From Azolla caroliniana (lineage: Eukaryota; Plantae; Polypodiophyta): a stretch of DNA of 12,004 bases. Location of the stretch: NCBI GenBank assembly GCA_043228905.1, contig JBHGNT010001107.1, positions 1 to 12,004 of the forward strand, written 5' to 3'. Under the pieces are notes generated by a model. That model did no database searches. It had not been told where the DNA came from and saw nothing but the letters and a program-made list of their open reading frames with translations. Both the position numbers and the translations under genes were made by a program. Positions 8,579 to 12,004 of this stretch are shown here, piece by piece. Position 1 is the stretch's first letter; each line of letters begins with the position of its first letter.

Positions 8579-8852
8579 CTCCTGCTCTCATATCTCTCTC
8601 TCATAGACACACAGAAATTGAAAATAAGGGAGAAAGGAGAGAAGAATACTGACCTAATTTAGGGAACCCATATCTGTTGCCGAAGGAAATTGCTAGTTCG
8701 CCATCGCCCACCAGCAGCCATAAGCGCAGAAATGGAGATCCAATTCCATGTTACAAAAGAACAAAATGAGAGAGAAAAGATGTTCCTGGTTTGTTCTCCC
8801 TTCATAAGGTTTTAGTCTTTAACTTTCACATATTGATATGTACATATATGAT

Positions 8853-8957
8853 TATCTATCTATCTATCTATGTCTATCTATGTCTGTATCTATCTATGTC
8901 TATGTCTGTATCTATCTATCTATGTTTGTATCTATCTATGTCTATGTTTCTATCTAT
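8853..8957. repeat. Compound (TATC)n/(TATGTC)n microsatellite
   Basis: Interspersed TATC, TATGTC and TGTATC units are seen directly. They account for the low-complexity ORFs 8791-9144 and 8838-9029. Confidence 0.93.
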
Positions 8958-10564
8958 TTGCAACTACCAAGCTGTGATCTCCCCCCTCGCTTGCGAAAGT
9001 CACCCTTGGATTCGCCCCACAGTATCTAGGATTGATGCCGTAACTCTGTTTATTCATGCCTACTTTGTTTCGCTTTCGAAAGGATTCCATGTAACTCCTT
9101 TGTTCAGTCTTGGTATTTGGGTTTTTCAAGTCCTCATGTATTAATCGGAAACGTGGAACATGTAGAACTAGGTGATGAGAGTTGAAGGTTTTTGTTGTGT
9201 TCGTTCTAAGAGGAATATCGACGCACCACATAGTTGTTGCAGTCCGAGGTATTTATTAATTAGTCTATTTTGCACCTTTTTTAGTCTACCAATCTCTGAT
9301 AAACCCAATACATGCAATGGGTTGTATGGACTTACATTCCGCACTAGCCAAATGAGGAGGTACTTTGTTGTATAGATGAACATGGCTACTCTCTAGGTGT
9401 CTACCTTTGAGCTCAATGATGGTATATGAAATGAATGTTGGAATATTAGCAATTGTCAATGACCCCAAATACATTCCCTTTTATTATGCATTGTCAACAA
9501 CATGGTGTGTTAACGTATGGGCATTGTCACATTGTTCATCTAAAGAGGGTACTTTGTCAACCCAATGGACTCCTTAACACATCTTTGCAAGGTGCATCCA
9601 TTCCTTCAATATCCTTTCAAATTGATGATAAAGTGGTAAGTTGAATTGACCATCTTTATAATCTAGGGTGTCAAGAGATTGATACAGTGGTTATAGACAA
9701 CCACGTGGTTGGACACAATAAATGAAAGAATACCCAACTATGCTAATAGAACTCATATCACCCATTATTCATGACATGGATAAGGGCGAAAAGGTAAAGG
9801 AGTGGTTCATATGACCATCAAACCTTAGGTTCATTCCAAATATCATATTTTTTTATGGCAATCTTTAGCAACATAGCAAGCAAGGGATAAAGAAAAACAC
9901 TTATTTTACTCACTCTCTTTGTTAATAATTTGGGCAAAGGATGTGCTAGAAACAAAAAAAACCTTGGAGACGCTTTAACAAAGACCTCTTGCTTTTCCTT
10001 TCTTGACAGTAGTCACGATGAGTTGGAAGCTAGCTTGTTTAAGGTGAAGAAACCCACAAAACCCATCATGTCATCTGGCATGATGGGATTGATAAAGGGT
10101 TCAAATGCTTGTCCCATTCATGTGGAAGGCATTAAAACATGGTTGGGATGCCCTCTTAAGAATTTCCCTTGTAAATATCTAATAGTTAAAATTACCCTTA
10201 AAAGTTAATATCGTAAGTTTAAAGTTGGGGATAACAAATATGATAAAAACTATTGTGTGCTAACTTGTTGAGCTAGTGTGTTGGAGCCAAAAAGGGAGGA
10301 AGTGCTAGAACTACAAATGAATATTATGTTAAGATGACTATCCACTTTTGTATTGAGTTCCAACTACATATTGTTGAACTCAATGTATCACATATATTCA
10401 TTTCAGGAACAATAGCTCGACAATGAAGTGTTATGAGCTAGACGTGTTATGAACTCAAGGGGGACAACATTGCAAGAGATCAATCTCCTCTAGAGACACA
10501 TTCATGTGTACCTAGAAGTATTCCCAAGCTCTAGAGCAAAAATAATTTGCCTTCAAAATCTTTC

Positions 10565-10904
10565 AAGGGTCATCTAGTTGTCATAAGAAACTAAACCATA
10601 AGCTACATTAAAGCATACATGCACTACAAAACATCCTTGGTGTTAAACATCTCGATATGCTTTGTGCTACTATTGCCCAAAAGGGTAAGAGCCATCTAGC
10701 CATCAAAGTCTTAACCCATAAGAAACTAAATTATAATCTACCATTTCACTACACATGCCCATTATCTAATGTCCTTGGTGTTAAAATTTGGATTTGCTTT
10801 GAATTACCAAAAAGGGCCTATATACTAAATTATAAGGTACCATTAAAATACACATATGTATTATCCAATGTCCTCAGTCTTAAAATGTCAATGTGCTTTG
10901 AAAA
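10565..10904. repeat. Three imperfect direct repeats (spacing 135 and 99 bp)
   Basis: CATAAGAAACTAAA occurs at 10582 and 10717, and ACTAAATTATAA at 10725 and 10824. Each copy is followed by TCCTTGGTGTTAAA or TCCTCAGTCTTAAA and then TGCTTTG. Confidence 0.85.
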
Positions 10905-11308
10905 GTACGTACGTGTCCCATGTTAGACAATATCTTTGGTGCCAACTTACACCTGTTTTAAAGGAAAGGAACCCATTTCTCTAAAGAAGGATAATTTTCT
11001 TGATGATTGATACAAATCCAACTCTTAAAGAATTTCAAAAGTGGACATACGGATCTCAAAACAAAGGAGATTAATAGTGTGACAAGTGAAGATAATAATT
11101 ATAAATTATAATTGGTGAAGTATCTTGAACATTAGACATTTGCTTGAATGTAACAATAAGAACGATAATGCTAAATGAGATAATGAATAATATTTTCCTG
11201 TTTCCACTTTGAGTATAAATATGGTAATCAAGTTGATAAACCACGTAATCAAGAATTGACGGTCATGTCTTAAACTAATTCCGTGGAGCATGTCTATAGG
11301 TTGTTTTC

Positions 11309-11367
11309 ACGTTATCCTCGTATGTTGAACACATTTGTACGTTATCCTTGTATTTGAACACATTTAT
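11309..11367. repeat. Tandem duplication, 30/29 bp
   Basis: ACGTTATCCTCGTATGTTGAACACATTTGT is followed by ACGTTATCCTTGTAT-TTGAACACATTTAT. Confidence 0.9.
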
Positions 11368-11676
11368 ACTAATAATGTATGGACATTAAAGATTATTAGC
11401 AAAAGTAGAACAAAGAACCAAGAGAAATGGAGCTTAAGAACAAGAACAATCATTAAAATAATGAGAAAGCAATAGCTCGATGAAATAAAGAAGCGCACAT
11501 GGTAAGTGACTATGAACAAGCTTGTAGCGTGGAAGGCAGAGGTTGTGATTTCATGGGACGATTGGCAACCTTGAATTGTCTTCTTAAAATATCACTATAT
11601 ATTCAATTGACCAAAATGCCCTATTTCCTAAGTCTAGAAACAAGTATTAGGTACTAAAGAATTCCCAAATTCACGA

Positions 11677-11700
11677 AGAAAAAGTGTTAGAAAAAGTGTT
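11677..11700. repeat. Perfect 12-bp tandem duplication AGAAAAAGTGTT x2
   Basis: Seen directly. Confidence 0.85.
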
Positions 11701-12004
11701 ACATGTCATATAATGAGAGGACATTTTGCTTAATTTAATAAAATCTATAAAACACACAATTAAACTCATGAATTAGAGAAATATGTTATATGCCATATAA
11801 TCGAAAGATATTTCATTTGATTCAACAAAACTTCATGTTTGGAGACTTTATGATAATTGTGTTACTAAACTACATAGTTCACTAATCTAACATGATACAC
11901 TCAAAGATGCTATTAAAAATATGATGACAAGTGATTATATGCTATGTGTGAATGCATGCTAATGCAATATCAAAACAGAACACGAAATTATTGAAGAAGC
12001 TTAA

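Noticed and set aside
8390-8662. 90-aa plus-strand ORF with LSLSLS run
   Set aside because: It reads through the (CT)26 microsatellite antisense to the gene leader and is low complexity.
8791-9144. Hydrophobic 117-aa and 63-aa ORFs
   Set aside because: Their composition is generated by the TATC/TATGTC microsatellite.
8950-10208. Cluster of short ORFs on both strands as a gene or identifiable TE
   Set aside because: I could not recognise any domain in either orientation. It may be decayed TE sequence, but I cannot support a call.
11609-11730. GACCAAAATGCCCT ... GAGGACATTTTGCT as MITE/Mutator-type inverted repeats
   Set aside because: The match is short with mismatches, and there is no extended TIR or target-site duplication.

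Overview
This is AT-rich eukaryotic DNA, almost certainly from a land plant; a non-flowering lineage such as a fern is plausible but only an inference. It has one well-supported gene: an uninterrupted 841-aa ORF on the minus strand (5828-8353) encoding a homologue of the Arabidopsis uncharacterised membrane protein At1g75140. The predicted layout is signal peptide, coiled coil, probable beta-propeller ectodomain, one C-terminal TM helix and a Ser-rich tail. Its leader region contains a (GA)26 tract, candidate splice sites and several upstream ORFs, and a candidate intron lies in the 3' UTR. The flanks are non-coding, with several degenerate tandem arrays (one built from ~34-bp palindromic units), microsatellites and weak traces of decayed retroelements. 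The other short ORFs in the track look spurious. I see no CRISPR array, RNA gene or clearly novel multi-gene system. The most worthwhile leads are the regulatory architecture of the gene and the palindromic array.
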